Assembly: GCA_963667845.2 (NCBI GenBank)
Contig: CAXXVL010000002.1
Location: 3,264,001-3,328,000, forward strand
Direction: 5' to 3'
From: Smithellaceae bacterium
GTDB taxonomy: Bacteria; Desulfobacterota; Syntrophia; Syntrophales; Smithellaceae
DNA length: 64,000 nucleotides
The notes under the pieces are model-generated. The model saw nothing but the letters and a program-made list of their open reading frames with translations, ran no database searches and was not told the DNA's origin. Every line of letters begins with the position of its first letter. The stretch's first letter is position 1. Shown piece by piece: positions 1 through 10,736 of the stretch. Position numbers and translations under genes: made by a program.

Positions 1-2857
1 TGCCCTCTACGATCTGGTAGGGATTATTGGGGTGCTGCAGATACGTCATTCCCATAAAACCAAGATATTCATAGAGTGCGGCGGCATAGACGAGGGGCGA
101 GCTGATGTCCGCGTACTGGGTGACCACAGCCCGCGTGAATTCCAAAACGACCGGATCCTTGGACGTAATGAAGGTTGCAACACGGTCCTTGTTGATCCAC
201 ACCATCCGATGCTTTTCATAGAGTTTGATCGTATTGTTCTTCGAACAACTGCGCGACTTTTGATTTTCGTAGTAGGTCACCTTGAGCTCGGTTTGCACCG
301 GCGTATCTTCCGTCACCTCGAGTATCTTGTTGTTGAAGACCGCTTTGAAGGCAACTTCCCTGCTTTCTTTGGGCAGAAGGTTCTGGATTTCAACCTCCGT
401 CGAGAAGTCCATATATTCTTTGATATTGAAAGCAAGTTTCAATGTCGGGATGGGATTGCGTGTATTGTTGGTAAGTCTAACCTTGCCGATCCCTTCATTC
501 TCATAGATCTTATACGTGTTCGAGAAGATATCACTCATCTCGAGAATATCGATTTCCAGCGGCGCTTTGATGGCGACCTGTGTGCGAATGCTGACGGGAA
601 CGTGTTCGCTCTCCACTTCATCGATACTGACGGCACTCACCAAATACGTATAGGAAGTATCCGGCTCCAGGCCCCCTTCGGAAAATACTCCTGTTTTCGT
701 CCGGGCGATCAATGCCGATCCATCACTATCGCGGTAAACATTATAATGATCGATATAGTCCTCTTTGCTCATTTTCCAGACCAGATCCACGGACCATTCC
801 AGGCTCTGCGCTTCCAGAGAGATGGGGGCCGGCGGAGCGTATTTCAGCGGGACAGACGACGCAGATTCGGGCGTGATATTCTCGTTCCCCCCCGCCCCGC
901 GCGCACTGACCCGGAAGACATAATTCTTTCCCGGAAGGACCGAGGCATCGCGAAAAGAATTCTTCGGCGATGTTCCGACTTCCTGATAGGAAAAGTCACC
1001 TTCCAGTTTGCGGAAAACGCGATATGATTCGACAATGGATTCTTCAGACGGATTCCAGGTAATATCCACGGCTCTCATAGCAGGCTTGGCATGGATGCCT
1101 GTGGGAGCCGAAGGCGTGTATTGCATGCCAAACGTCTGCAGGCGCTTGTTCCCCGGATCGGAAACCATGAACTGGGCGTTGTCCATAACGACAATCGATG
1201 CGGGTTGTTTGAAATCCCCCTTTCCACTTCCTTTGGCACCGAATTCCCGGAGAAACTTACCCGTCAGTGTAAATACCTTGATGCTCCTTGTCCCGGCATC
1301 GGCCACCAGCAACTCGGGTCCCATAACGGCAAGGCTCACCGGGCTGTCGAATCTATCCGGGCCTATCAGATCACCCCCTATTTCCCTCGTGACACTTCCG
1401 TTGGGAGCGATACACACGACAATTTTCCGATCTTCACAAAGGACGTAGGTATTTCCTTTCGCGTCCTGGGCAATGGCAACGGGCGCCTCCAGGGGCTGGT
1501 TCCCCGCCGCTTTGGTAAAGGCATTCATGAGGACCCCTTCACCGTTGAACACCTGAATCCGATTATTATTTTTATCGGCGACGTAAATCAAACCATCCGG
1601 GCCAATCAGAATATCGCTCGGTTTGGAAAAATAGCCTTCCTTATTTCCGGACGAACCCACTTTGAGGAGCACACGGCCCGAGGTATCCAGCTTTACAAGC
1701 TGGCTTGCCTCGCGGTCGATTATCCAGGGAAACCCCTTGAGATCAACCGCTACGGAAACGGGGACCACATCCGGCACTCTGATCGTCTTTTCGACGCGCC
1801 CGTCCTTCACGGCAAGCACGGCGTCGCTTTCCGGATCGACGGCAAAAATGCGCCGGGATGTTTTGTCCCAGGCCAGTTTTTTCGCCGAAGCGGGAATATC
1901 GCTGAGCCATCTGACGGATGTCGGAGGCGAGATGTCAAACGGCAAATCATTGCCTGTTTCTTTCCCGGTTGCAATCACCTGTATTGTCGCTCTCGACCGG
2001 TCGACTGCATAGACATTGCCCAGACCATCCGTGGCAATTCCATAGAGCTCCTGAAATTGGACCTTCCCCGGCCCCATGGTTCCGAATGAAAAAAGCTTCT
2101 CGCCTGCGAAGTTGTATTTTGTGACATTATTCTTCTCAGCATCCGTGACGAACAGACCGTCGTCGGCAACGGCAAGAGAGAAAGGTTTGATGGGGCCGGT
2201 CAGCTTCCCGACATACGTGCCGTCCTGTCGATAGATTTTAACCATCCGGGCAGCACCGTCTATGGCGTAGATCAGACCTTTGGAATCAACAACAACGGCA
2301 GTCGGGCTCTTCAGCAGGCTCTCCTCCTTTCCGGTATTTCCGATCGATCGAAGGAAGACGCCATTTTGCCCCAGAACCTGAATCCGGTCGTTACCGGTAT
2401 CGGCTACGTAAATGATCCCCTGGTATACAAAAATTCCTTCAGGGCTGCTGAACTGCTTGGAACCGCTGCCGCTCTCGCCGAAAGTGTCGCGACAGACGCC
2501 CGTTTTGGAAAAAATGGCAATGCTGTCGAGTGACTTGTCCGCGACATAGATATGGTCACCGTATAAGGCAATCCCCGCCGGTTTCTGCAGGTAGGGCTCG
2601 CCTTCCTTTGTCTGACCGCTGAACGTCAGAATATTCTTCCCTTCGGGGCTGTAAACGTATACGAAGCCGCTCTTACCGGCCAGCATGCCTCCTTTGTAGC
2701 TGGTGACGTAGAGGTTGCCGCTTTTGTCCGCCGCGGCATGGAAAGGATTATCAACTGCAATTTCCGAGACGAAATTGACCTGATGCGCGGCCTGGGCCGA
2801 CAGGGAGATCATCATCGATATCATCAGGAACGCGATTGCCGGACGTATTCTGAACAT
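1..2857 (-). CDS. Large secreted protein with NHL beta-propeller repeats and fibronectin type III domains; 3' end runs off the left edge
   Basis: Absent from the ORF track because there is no stop in the window. Manual translation from ATG 2857 (GGAG upstream) gives signal peptide MFRIRPAIAFLMISMISLSAQA, then NHL-like repeats (DKSGNLYVTS; IYVADTGNDRIQV). The same frame gives FN3-like units (YTPSAPTGIHAKPAMRAVDITWNP; YAPPAPISLEAQSLEWSVDLVWK). Only parts of the frame were translated by hand. Confidence 0.85.
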   Translation of the reverse strand, partial: MFRIRPAIAFLMISMMISLSAQAAHQVNFVSEIAVDNPFHAAADKSGNLYVTSYKGGMLAGKSGFVYVYSPEGKNILTFSGQTKEGEPYLQKPAGIALYGDHIYVADKSLDSIAIFSKTGVCRDTFGESGSGSKQFSSPEGIFVYQGIIYVADTGNDRIQVLGQNGVFLRSIGNTGKEESLLKSPTAVVVDSKGLIYAIDGAARMVKIYRQDGTYVGKLTGPIKPFSLAVADDGLFVTDAEKNNVTKYNFAGEKLFSFGTMGPGKVQFQELYGIATDGLGNVYAVDRSRATIQVIATGKETGNDLPFDISPPTSVRWLSDIPASAKKLAWDKTSRRIFAVDPESDAVLAVKDGRVEKTIRVPDVVPVSVAVDLKGFPWIIDREASQLVKLDTSGRVLLKVGSSGNKEGYFSKPSDILIGPDGLIYVADKNNNRIQVFNGEGVLMNAFTKAAGNQPLEAPVAIAQDAKGNTYVLCEDRKIVVCIAPNGSVTREIGGDLIGPDRFDSPVSLAVMGPELLVADAGTRSIKVFTLTGKFLREFGAKGSGKGDFKQPASIVVMDNAQFMVSDPGNKRLQTFGMQYTPSAPTGIHAKPAMRAVDITWNPSEESIVESYRVFRKLEGDFSYQEVGTSPKNSFRDASVLPGKNYVFRVSARGAGGNENITPESASSVPLKYAPPAPISLEAQSLEWSVDLVWKMSKEDYIDHYNVYRDSDGSALIARTKTGVFSEGGLEPDTSYTYLVSAVSIDEVESEHVPVSIRTQVAIKAPLEIDILEMSDIFSNTYKIYENEGIGKVRLTNNTRNPIPTLKLAFNIKEYMDFSTEVEIQNLLPKESREVAFKAVFNNKILEVTEDTPVQTELKVTYYENQKSRSCSKNNTIKLYEKHRMVWINKDRVATFITSKDPVVLEFTRAVVTQYADISSPLVYAAALYEYLGFMGMTYLQHPNNPYQIVEG

Positions 2858-3003
2858 TTCGCCACTCCACAGGACCGGGATCTCCCGGATCGATTGAAGC
2901 TCCCGGCAAGTCCCGGAGAGTCCTCATTTCTTACGGAAATATATTTTCCAGTGCGCCTGATCAACCAGACCGTGAACCACCGGTAAGGCGTTTGCCGCCC
3001 GGT

Positions 3004-4845
3004 TCAACCCCGCCGATATTCAGGAACATCAGCATCAGCCGCCGGCGTTACCGGCCGCAAACCTCTCAAGGCAAATATCTCAACCGGAATCCGCTTCCCT
3101 TTGACCAGGAAACTCCCCAGCGGTTCAGTAATCACAATATTTTTTACCCGCTCATACAGTGCCCGGGTGATTACAGCACAGCCTGCATCCCTGCTTTCAT
3201 TCTGAATCCGATAGGTCAGGTTCACATTGTCACCGATGGCAGTATACTCCATTTTTTTGCCGACTGCACCGATATTTCCAACGATCACTTCACCCGTATT
3301 GAGCCCGATCCCCCACGTGATGGGTTCGTCTCCCGCACTGAGCCATTTTTTCTGAAGCGGGCCGATGGCGGCCATCATTTCGAGCGCACACCGAACGGCA
3401 AGTTCGGTATGATTTTCCTGAATGAGGGGCGCGTTCCAGTAGGCAAGGATTCCATCCCCGAGAAACTTGTCCAGCGTTCCGTCGTACTTCATGACGATAT
3501 CCGTCATAGCAGCGAGGTAGTCATTGAGAATTCGTACGACATCCGCGGGGGATCGTTTTTCACTGTAGGTTGTATAATTCTGGACATCGGCAAAGAGAAT
3601 GGTGAGCTCCCTGGATTCTCCGCCGATTTTCGCCATCTCCGGATTCTTTACGAGCAGATCGACGACCCTTTTGGAGACGTAGCTGGAAAACATCGATCGT
3701 ATCTCCCTCGCCTGCCGGTCCACGATAAAAAAGCGGAGGTAACCTGTTACGGCCGAGGTAAGTAGAATGCATAAAACAGGATAGACGATACTGATCCATC
3801 TTCCGACCAGAAACATGAAGCCGGCGAATGCAACCTGCAAGGCGATGAGCAGCACTGCCAGAGGAAGCGAGACGCTATGGCGGAGATTCCAGATCATGAG
3901 CGTTGTAGCAATTCCCAGGATGATGATCAGGACCAGATCGATGAGCTTTTCCGGACCCGCGCGCCGGATAAAGTTCCCGGCAGCAATATTGTCCGCAATG
4001 CCGGCGTTGACTTCAACCCCGGGTGTATTGTTGGAAAACGGGGTAATGCGCATATCATAAATACCAAGCGCGGTAGCCCCGACAAATAGAACCCGGTCTT
4101 TCAGTCTATCAGCCGGCACTCTGCCTTTCACCACGTCGGCAAAAGAAAAACGTTCATAGACACCGGGAGGGCCGGCGTAGTTAATCAGCATCCGCTGCTC
4201 ACCATCGATCGGAATCCTCCGGGGTCCCAGAAGCACTTTGGGGCCGTCAATCTCAAACGTCTTTATTCCCATCAGTTCGGCGGCACCGGCAAGGCCCAGC
4301 GATGGATATGTTTTTCCGCGATACTCGATGCCAAGTTTTGTGAAGCGGATGACACCATCGCTTTCCGGAAAGACGTTGATATGGGCGATACGTCGTGCGG
4401 CGTTCTGCAGCACCGGAATATTGGAGGTCAATCCCGCAACGTTGCCGCTTTCATCAAATTCAAATCCGCAGGCCAGAGTCACCCGTCCGGAACGCTTTAT
4501 CGCCGTTGCAAATGCGTCATCAACCGGTGTCGTCTGCGATTCCGGGAAAAAAGCGTCGAAGAGCACAGCTCTTGCTCCCGCTCCGGTCGTTACGTCAAGC
4601 AGGGTCGCATAGTGCACCCTCGAGAAAGGAAAGCGTCCCAGTTCAGCGATGGTTTTATCATCAATCGCGATAATGGCAATATTCGGGCGAGATTTGGGAG
4701 ATGTCCTGAGGGCTTTCATCCTGAGGTCGTATGTATTGTCCTCAAACCCTTCCAGGAGGTTCGTCTGAAGGTAATAGAGACCGATCACAAATAGGATCGA
4801 GAGCAGCGCGACGACATGAATATTTTTGGGCCTGCCTATTTTCAT
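3004..4845 (-). CDS. CHASE2-domain adenylate/guanylate cyclase
   Basis: N-terminal TM, CHASE2 motifs (IAIDDKTI..GRFPFSR, TPGVEVNA), 3 TMs, class III cyclase motifs (ILFADVQNYT, DKFLGDG, GIGLNTG, YTAIGDNVN). Confidence 0.93.
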   Translation of the reverse strand: MKIGRPKNIHVVALLSILFVIGLYYLQTNLLEGFEDNTYDLRMKALRTSPKSRPNIAIIAIDDKTIAELGRFPFSRVHYATLLDVTTGAGARAVLFDAFFPESQTTPVDDAFATAIKRSGRVTLACGFEFDESGNVAGLTSNIPVLQNAARRIAHINVFPESDGVIRFTKLGIEYRGKTYPSLGLAGAAELMGIKTFEIDGPKVLLGPRRIPIDGEQRMLINYAGPPGVYERFSFADVVKGRVPADRLKDRVLFVGATALGIYDMRITPFSNNTPGVEVNAGIADNIAAGNFIRRAGPEKLIDLVLIIILGIATTLMIWNLRHSVSLPLAVLLIALQVAFAGFMFLVGRWISIVYPVLCILLTSAVTGYLRFFIVDRQAREIRSMFSSYVSKRVVDLLVKNPEMAKIGGESRELTILFADVQNYTTYSEKRSPADVVRILNDYLAAMTDIVMKYDGTLDKFLGDGILAYWNAPLIQENHTELAVRCALEMMAAIGPLQKKWLSAGDEPITWGIGLNTGEVIVGNIGAVGKKMEYTAIGDNVNLTYRIQNESRDAGCAVITRALYERVKNIVITEPLGSFLVKGKRIPVEIFALRGLRPVTPAADADVPEYRRG

Positions 4846-5324
4846 ACGATTCCGGCCATCATTCTGTCGCGGTCCGCCTCTCCCGGACTTCCGGGTATAG
4901 CCTCACCCTGCAGTGGCTACCCTATTCATCTTTTCTGTACGGCGGGAAGATGATAATCCTGATGCCAATGTGGTGACAACTCTAACGTTGCGGTTTCTTT
5001 GACAGATATATATTTTCCTTAAAGCGAGTATAGGAAACGCCGTATTGCATGTCAAGGAATTCCTGAAACCCAATGACCTCGCATACCTTCCACAGAGGTC
5101 CGAGAGAAGAAAGTCAAAGAAAATTCATGTCATGATGAAAACGGAAAGTATCGGAAGTTTGCCGCAAGAGCACAGGCACCGCGAGTAAAAAATCATTCAG
5201 GATCTATGCACAGTGGGACATACCCTAAAGAAAGGCGGCACGAAACATACTTGCCGCTTCTACTTCGAAGATCCATTCAAGGCGATGATGGACGGAGCAC
5301 GTTGACTGCCATTCCCGGCGACAC

Positions 5325-5348
5325 CGTTTGCCCGAAATTTGGCAAACG
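5325..5348 (-). terminator. Hairpin downstream of the radical SAM gene (possible terminator)
   Basis: CGTTTGCC-N8-GGCAAACG inverted repeat 27 bp past the stop; no clear U-tract. Confidence 0.35.
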
Positions 5349-5374
5349 ATGAATGTCATTCCACCGCCAGTTGC

Positions 5375-6943
5375 TCATGACCATTGCCAGGTGCAGCCTT
5401 TTTCGGTTTCTACCGCACGGATATAACTGCGGGCTATAAAATCGCTGACCGTGTTCTCGATCAGGCGCTGATCGCCGGAAATCGCCGTCTTCATTCTTTC
5501 AATAAAAATCTCCCGTGCTGCATCACGGTTTCCATTCAGAGAGACATCGATCACACCCAGTTTTTCAACCAGGTCCTCTTTCAGAATCGAAAACGTAATA
5601 TTCATCCGGTGCTGACCTTCAACCCGCATATCATCATAAGGTGTGTTTTTACCCGTTTTGTAGTTTTCAAGCACTTTTTGCCATTCGCCCCTCATTTCGA
5701 CGTCGTAAAGGGCGACAAAATCGCGGATATCCTGGGGAGTAAGTTCCGTTGTTTTCACAATCGCATCATTGGCATCATATTTTGACCAGTCTCTTGTCAA
5801 TATTTCCAGATCATAGTCTGCCACTTTTTCACACAAGGTTGTGCCCGGGAAAGGCGCAAGATAATGATAGCCGTAAAGAATCTCCAGACTGCGGGCAAAG
5901 GCATCTGTCCGCTTCAACGTATCTTTCGTTTCTCCCGGCAACCCGACCATGAAAGAAGCGTGAGCCAGCATACCCGACTGCTTACACATCCTGACAGCGC
6001 TTTTTGCCTGCTCAAGTTTTATTCCTTTCCTGACCCTTTTGAGCATTTCGGGACAGCCCGATTCCACACCGAAGCTGATGCTGTCGCAGCCGGCGTCGGC
6101 CATGGCATCAAACATCTCCTGGTTGACGGTATCCACGCGCGCAAAAGCACTCCACGCGAATTTCAGGTTACGTTCTTTGATGCCGTTGCAGATTTCTTTG
6201 ACCCGACCGGTATCGGACGCGAAAAGGTCATCGGCAATATTCATGCGGTCAAATCCCAATCCCATGATCTGCTCGACTTCGTCGAGCACGAGCCCGGGAC
6301 TGCGGCGGCGCACTTTCGATCCGACCATTTTCCGCCCCAGACAAAAGATGCAGCCGTGCGGACAGCCGCGGCCCGTAATCATACTGACCGGAAAACCAAA
6401 CGCCCGATAACGCGAGATGGGCAGTAACCGCCGTGCCGGAAGCGGGATGCGGTCAACATCCACAATGAAATCTCTCCTGCCGTTGCTGACGACGTGATCG
6501 GCCTCGCGAAATGCAATACCCGGAATACTTCGCCATTTATTTTTCTGCTTCATGAGCGGAGCGAATTCAATAATCGTATCATCTGCTTCGCCAATGAAGA
6601 TTACATCGATTTCCGGATAAGTCCGGAGAGTCTCTTCCACGGTAAACGAGACATGCGGCCCTCCCATCATGGTAAGGATGTCCGGATTGATGTCTTTTAC
6701 ATCGTGCAGAATCCGCTGCGCGTCATAAAAATTCATCGTGACCGATCCTGCACCAACGGCGTCCGGCTGAAAATCGGCCAGTTGACGGGTAAGTTTTTCT
6801 CTGGAATAGCTGGAAATGATATAATCAAAAATCCGTACGTCACAGCCTGCTTTCTCGAAAGCTGCAGCAACATAAGAGATGCCCAGCGGCGGCGAGGGAA
6901 ACTCTTCCAGAGGATAGGGAGCGGCAATAATTGCAACACGCAT
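5375..6943 (-). CDS. B12-binding radical SAM protein (class B methyltransferase-like)
   Basis: PPLGISYVAA cobalamin-binding N-terminus, GGPHVS, GRGCPHGCIFC CxxxCxxC motif. Start moved to MRVAIIA (AAAGGAG RBS). Confidence 0.9.
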   Translation of the reverse strand: MRVAIIAAPYPLEEFPSPPLGISYVAAAFEKAGCDVRIFDYIISSYSREKLTRQLADFQPDAVGAGSVTMNFYDAQRILHDVKDINPDILTMMGGPHVSFTVEETLRTYPEIDVIFIGEADDTIIEFAPLMKQKNKWRSIPGIAFREADHVVSNGRRDFIVDVDRIPLPARRLLPISRYRAFGFPVSMITGRGCPHGCIFCLGRKMVGSKVRRRSPGLVLDEVEQIMGLGFDRMNIADDLFASDTGRVKEICNGIKERNLKFAWSAFARVDTVNQEMFDAMADAGCDSISFGVESGCPEMLKRVRKGIKLEQAKSAVRMCKQSGMLAHASFMVGLPGETKDTLKRTDAFARSLEILYGYHYLAPFPGTTLCEKVADYDLEILTRDWSKYDANDAIVKTTELTPQDIRDFVALYDVEMRGEWQKVLENYKTGKNTPYDDMRVEGQHRMNITFSILKEDLVEKLGVIDVSLNGNRDAAREIFIERMKTAISGDQRLIENTVSDFIARSYIRAVETEKGCTWQWS

Positions 6944-6945
6944 CT

Positions 6946-7668
6946 TCAATCTCCTTTGCGCGGGAACCAGATGGATCGAAACCATCCGAAAAGTGAATTC
7001 TTTTCCCGCATGATCCGTTCGACCGCGTCAAAATACTCAGCCATTTTTTTGGGATCAGACATCCATTGCGATCGCGATTTGACGGGCTTGTCCGCATCCA
7101 GATACTTGACAACCGCAGCAGGGTTTCCCGCGGCAATCGCGTTTGGCGGAATATCTTTCACAACGATGGCGCCCGCGCCGATAATGGCATTTTCTCCGAT
7201 GTGAACGCCCTTACCGATCATGGCGCTGTCACCGATCCACACATTCTTGTCAATAATAATTTCTTTTGTGCTGCCGATGGAAACACTGCGGTCATAGATG
7301 TCATGCCAGTCTGCGTCGGTAATACAGACATTCTGCGCCATCATGCAATCGTCGCCGATGGATATGGCCGTGGCCGACTGGATTCTGGTGCCCGGGCAAA
7401 TCAGACAATGCCTGCCGATTTCAACTTTTCCCGACTTTCCATCCGCCATCCAGGCCGTGATCCTGATGCGCTTTTCCATGGTGGCAATCAAAGTCGTGTA
7501 GTCTCCGATCGACACGGGCCAGCCATTAATTTCCACGCCCCAGGGTTTCATAAAAACCAAGTTCCGGCCAAAATGTTCACACTGCGGTGCCAGAAAATGG
7601 TTGGCATACCATCGTTCAAACTTCCAGCTCAGCTTCTTGATGTAATAGGGACGATGATCCTTCTGCAA
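6946..7668 (-). CDS. Hexapeptide-repeat (LbH) acyltransferase
   Basis: Hexapeptide repeats (IGDDCMMAQNV, VWIGDSAMIGKGVHIGENAIIGAGAIV, AGNPA); TTG start. Confidence 0.88.
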   Translation of the reverse strand: MQKDHRPYYIKKLSWKFERWYANHFLAPQCEHFGRNLVFMKPWGVEINGWPVSIGDYTTLIATMEKRIRITAWMADGKSGKVEIGRHCLICPGTRIQSATAISIGDDCMMAQNVCITDADWHDIYDRSVSIGSTKEIIIDKNVWIGDSAMIGKGVHIGENAIIGAGAIVVKDIPPNAIAAGNPAAVVKYLDADKPVKSRSQWMSDPKKMAEYFDAVERIMREKNSLFGWFRSIWFPRKGD

Positions 7669-7754
7669 GTCGTTTCTCTTTTCACAATAATTTATCGGAC
7701 AATGTAATCGTAAAAATTAACCGTCAGAATAATGCGGTAAGTTTTTTTCGAAGA

Positions 7755-8789
7755 TTATGATTGTCGCTCTTGCCAATAGCGATGATTAAATATTTTCGCA
7801 GCCGGTGTCACGCCGTTTAAGGCGTCCCAGGCCATAAGAACAGCCGCAGACGTCCAGGCCGTTTTTTCTTCGGGCCAGATCACGCTATCGGGAAATGTAA
7901 CGCCCATCCAGTAAGATCCGTCGGGATAGCGCTTGTCGCCAAGCCAGCTGAAAATGGTTTTGGCCCGGGTATCGTCTCCCATGGCCGCCAGGGACAGGAT
8001 CAATTCCGACGTTTCGGCCATCGTGACCCAGGGCCGGTCGCTCACGCAACGGACGCCCCAGTCGGGCACCACAAATCTGTCCCACAGATGGTCGATTCTT
8101 TTTTTCGCCTCATCGCCTAAGACCGCTCCACAGAGAATCGGATAATACCAGTCCATTGAAAAACGCGACTTGATCATGTTGAAGAGATCGGGCCGGCTGC
8201 GGATGGTTGCCTCCAGGAGTTCTTTGGCCTTCTGCCAGCTGGGTCTTTTAATCCCCAGCACATCGGCGATCGCCAGCGCACACTTGATGCTCATATATAT
8301 GGAGCTGCACCCGGTCAAAAGCGCCATCTTATCAATGACACCGTCTTTATTTCTGGCCCAGTAGATTTCACCCTCCGGCGCCTGCATGTTGATCGCATAT
8401 TGGATGCCCCGGGATACCGACGGCCACATGGATTTCAAAAAATCAACATGACCCGTAATCAGGTAGTGCTGATAAACGCCTACGGCGATATATGCGGCAT
8501 AATTCGTTTCTTTCGTCGAATTGATAATCCTTCCGTCCTGGGTTTCCGACCACCAGCTGCCGTCGGGAAGCTGTGTGGCAATCAGCCACTCATAAGCGCG
8601 TTCGGCTTGGACCCAATATCCGGCAATGCTCAAGCCCATTGCACTTTCGACATGGTCCCAGGGATCGGTCTTGCCGCCCTGCGACCAGGGGATTTCGCCG
8701 GTGTCTTTTTGGATGGCCGCAATAAACTCTGCAACTTTTTCGACCTCGATGGGTTTGATCGCTTCAATCGACGATACATTCAATTCCAT
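7755..8789 (-). CDS. Prenyltransferase/squalene-oxidase-repeat-like (alpha/alpha toroid) protein
   Basis: QKDTGEIPW, DPWDHVESAMGL, QLPDGSWW QW-like repeats, RFSMDWYYP. Start moved to MELNVSS. Confidence 0.8.
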   Translation of the reverse strand: MELNVSSIEAIKPIEVEKVAEFIAAIQKDTGEIPWSQGGKTDPWDHVESAMGLSIAGYWVQAERAYEWLIATQLPDGSWWSETQDGRIINSTKETNYAAYIAVGVYQHYLITGHVDFLKSMWPSVSRGIQYAINMQAPEGEIYWARNKDGVIDKMALLTGCSSIYMSIKCALAIADVLGIKRPSWQKAKELLEATIRSRPDLFNMIKSRFSMDWYYPILCGAVLGDEAKKRIDHLWDRFVVPDWGVRCVSDRPWVTMAETSELILSLAAMGDDTRAKTIFSWLGDKRYPDGSYWMGVTFPDSVIWPEEKTAWTSAAVLMAWDALNGVTPAAKIFNHRYWQERQS

Positions 8790-8794
8790 GGGCT

Positions 8795-9496
8795 TTAACC
8801 TTTTCTCAGATAAAACACGATACTCTTGCCGATCAGCGGATTTAACGCTTCTTCCAGCATCCGCACTGCCTTCGGTTTGCTCATGATATCCCATTCCAGG
8901 AATTTTTTATAAAACCGGATCAGGATATTCTTTTCATTTTTCAGGCCCACCAGGCATTTGAGCCACCAGTAAGGGGCATGCAGCGCATGCTTGTAATTGA
9001 TTTTCCAGCAGGTGATCCCCTGCCGGTCCAGCATTCTGCTTAAATGTTTCTTTTTGTAAATACGAATATGCCCGCCTTCTTCGCTGTGATAAGCATAAGA
9101 AATCAACCAGCAGATTTTCTCCGAGAAATAACGCGGCACGCTGACAACCAAATGCCCCTGCGGCTTGAGGACGCGAACCAGTTCGGAAAGCGCTTTCTCG
9201 TGTTCGGGAATATGCTCGAGAACTTCCGAGCAGATGACGCAATCAAAGACCTCATCGTCAAAAGGCAGCGCGTTGATGTCCGCTGTCTCAACCCGGTAGT
9301 CGAAAGACAGAGCATCAGGCATGTTCTTCAATCCAGTGAGCGCGTCCGCCACATCTTTGGCGCTGCGGTCGATGCCGGCGATCTTCAGGCCGGGCAGTTT
9401 CGCCAGGGCACGCAAATGCCTGCCGCTTCCGCATCCGGCATCCAGAACAACACAACCGGGTTTTAACCTGAGCTCATGAAAATCGACTGTGACCAT
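8795..9496 (-). CDS. Class I SAM-dependent methyltransferase
   Basis: VLDAGCGSGRH, FDCVICSEVLEH, RVLKPQG. Start MVTVDF overlaps the end of the upstream GT4 gene. Confidence 0.9.
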   Translation of the reverse strand: MVTVDFHELRLKPGCVVLDAGCGSGRHLRALAKLPGLKIAGIDRSAKDVADALTGLKNMPDALSFDYRVETADINALPFDDEVFDCVICSEVLEHIPEHEKALSELVRVLKPQGHLVVSVPRYFSEKICWLISYAYHSEEGGHIRIYKKKHLSRMLDRQGITCWKINYKHALHAPYWWLKCLVGLKNEKNILIRFYKKFLEWDIMSKPKAVRMLEEALNPLIGKSIVFYLRKG

Positions 9497-10736
9497 GGAT
9501 TGCCTCGCGATAGACATCGGCCACTTCCTGCGCCGCTTTCTTCCAGCTGAACACGGAATTGACACGCGCCAGCCCGGCCTGCGCGTACTTCTTTCTTTCT
9601 TCGGGAGCATTCAACAGCCGCGTGATGGCATCGGCCAAAGCCTTCGCATCGGCGGGAGGAACGATGACACCGGCATCGCCCACGACTTCCGGCAGGGCGC
9701 CGCCGGAGGTAGAAATCAAGGGAACACCGCAGGCCATGGCTTCGGCCGCCGGAATGCCGAAGCCTTCATACAGGGACGGCACAACCGCAACGGTTGATTT
9801 GGCGTAGTAATCGGCAAATTCCTCATTTTCGATACGTCCGGTAAAATGCACAATGTCGGACACACCGAGTTTCGCCACGAGGTTTTCAATAATGCCGTCT
9901 TTCTTGGGCTGACCGATGACGGTTAACTTGATCGGCTGCTTCTTACGAATCTGGGCCACCGCCTCCAGAAGAAAATTGAGACCCTTTAGAGGCGTGTCCG
10001 CGCTGTTCGTCACGATCAACGCATTGTCCGGCCGAGGGCCGTTCTGTTTCGGATAAAAGAACTCATTATTGATCCCGTTGTGCACAACGCGGAATCTGTT
10101 CTCGTCGAGCGAAAATTCTTTGGCGATGTCTTTCTTCGTAAATTCCGACACCGTGATGATATGGGAAAACTGCTTGGCCACCTTCAGCTGCATATTGATG
10201 AACGAGTACCATCGGAAAACGCGAAATTTCTGACGAAGCGTCCTGGCCACTCTATAGTCTTCCTGCCGGTCCACCGTGATCGGATGGTGAATGGTGACAA
10301 GCGTCGGCATGACTTTCCGGCCCAGCCTGCCGATCCCGTAAGACAGGCATTGATTGTCGTGGACGATGTCATATTCGTTTCTGTGTTTTTTCAGATACGA
10401 ATAAACCCGTTCGCCGAACGTAAAGGGTTCGGGGAAACTGCCCGTACAGACGTTTAAGAATTCATACATATTGATGGCGCTTGTTAAATCGCCGATCTTT
10501 TCCGGGCGAAAAAGGTGATCCGGATGATAAAGATCGAGACTGGGCAGTTTTATCAGCCGGACATTGTCGTCGAGGTGCGGATAAGGAGGGCCGGAAATGA
10601 CATCCACCCGATGCCCTTCATCGGCCAGCGCTTTGCTTAAATGCTTGATGTAAACCCCCTGCCCTCCGCAGGTCGGATTGCCTCGATACGTCAATAGACA
10701 AATGCGAAGCGATTGGGAAACGGAACTTTTTTTCAC
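9474..10736 (-). CDS. Glycosyltransferase family 4 (GT-B)
   Basis: GGQGVY N-terminal motif, KG, PSLYEGFGIPAAEAMACG signature. Confidence 0.92.
   Translation of the reverse strand: MKKSSVSQSLRICLLTYRGNPTCGGQGVYIKHLSKALADEGHRVDVISGPPYPHLDDNVRLIKLPSLDLYHPDHLFRPEKIGDLTSAINMYEFLNVCTGSFPEPFTFGERVYSYLKKHRNEYDIVHDNQCLSYGIGRLGRKVMPTLVTIHHPITVDRQEDYRVARTLRQKFRVFRWYSFINMQLKVAKQFSHIITVSEFTKKDIAKEFSLDENRFRVVHNGINNEFFYPKQNGPRPDNALIVTNSADTPLKGLNFLLEAVAQIRKKQPIKLTVIGQPKKDGIIENLVAKLGVSDIVHFTGRIENEEFADYYAKSTVAVVPSLYEGFGIPAAEAMACGVPLISTSGGALPEVVGDAGVIVPPADAKALADAITRLLNAPEERKKYAQAGLARVNSVFSWKKAAQEVADVYREAIHGHSRFS

Noticed and set aside
32..2089. Long + strand ORFs (331 and 332 aa)
   Set aside because: Antisense shadows of the minus-strand NHL/FN3 gene, which has a signal peptide and recognisable domains.
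4846..5374. Long intergenic region upstream of the cyclase, checked for a riboswitch (c-di-GMP, cobalamin)
   Set aside because: No recognisable consensus by eye; an Rfam scan would be needed to exclude one.
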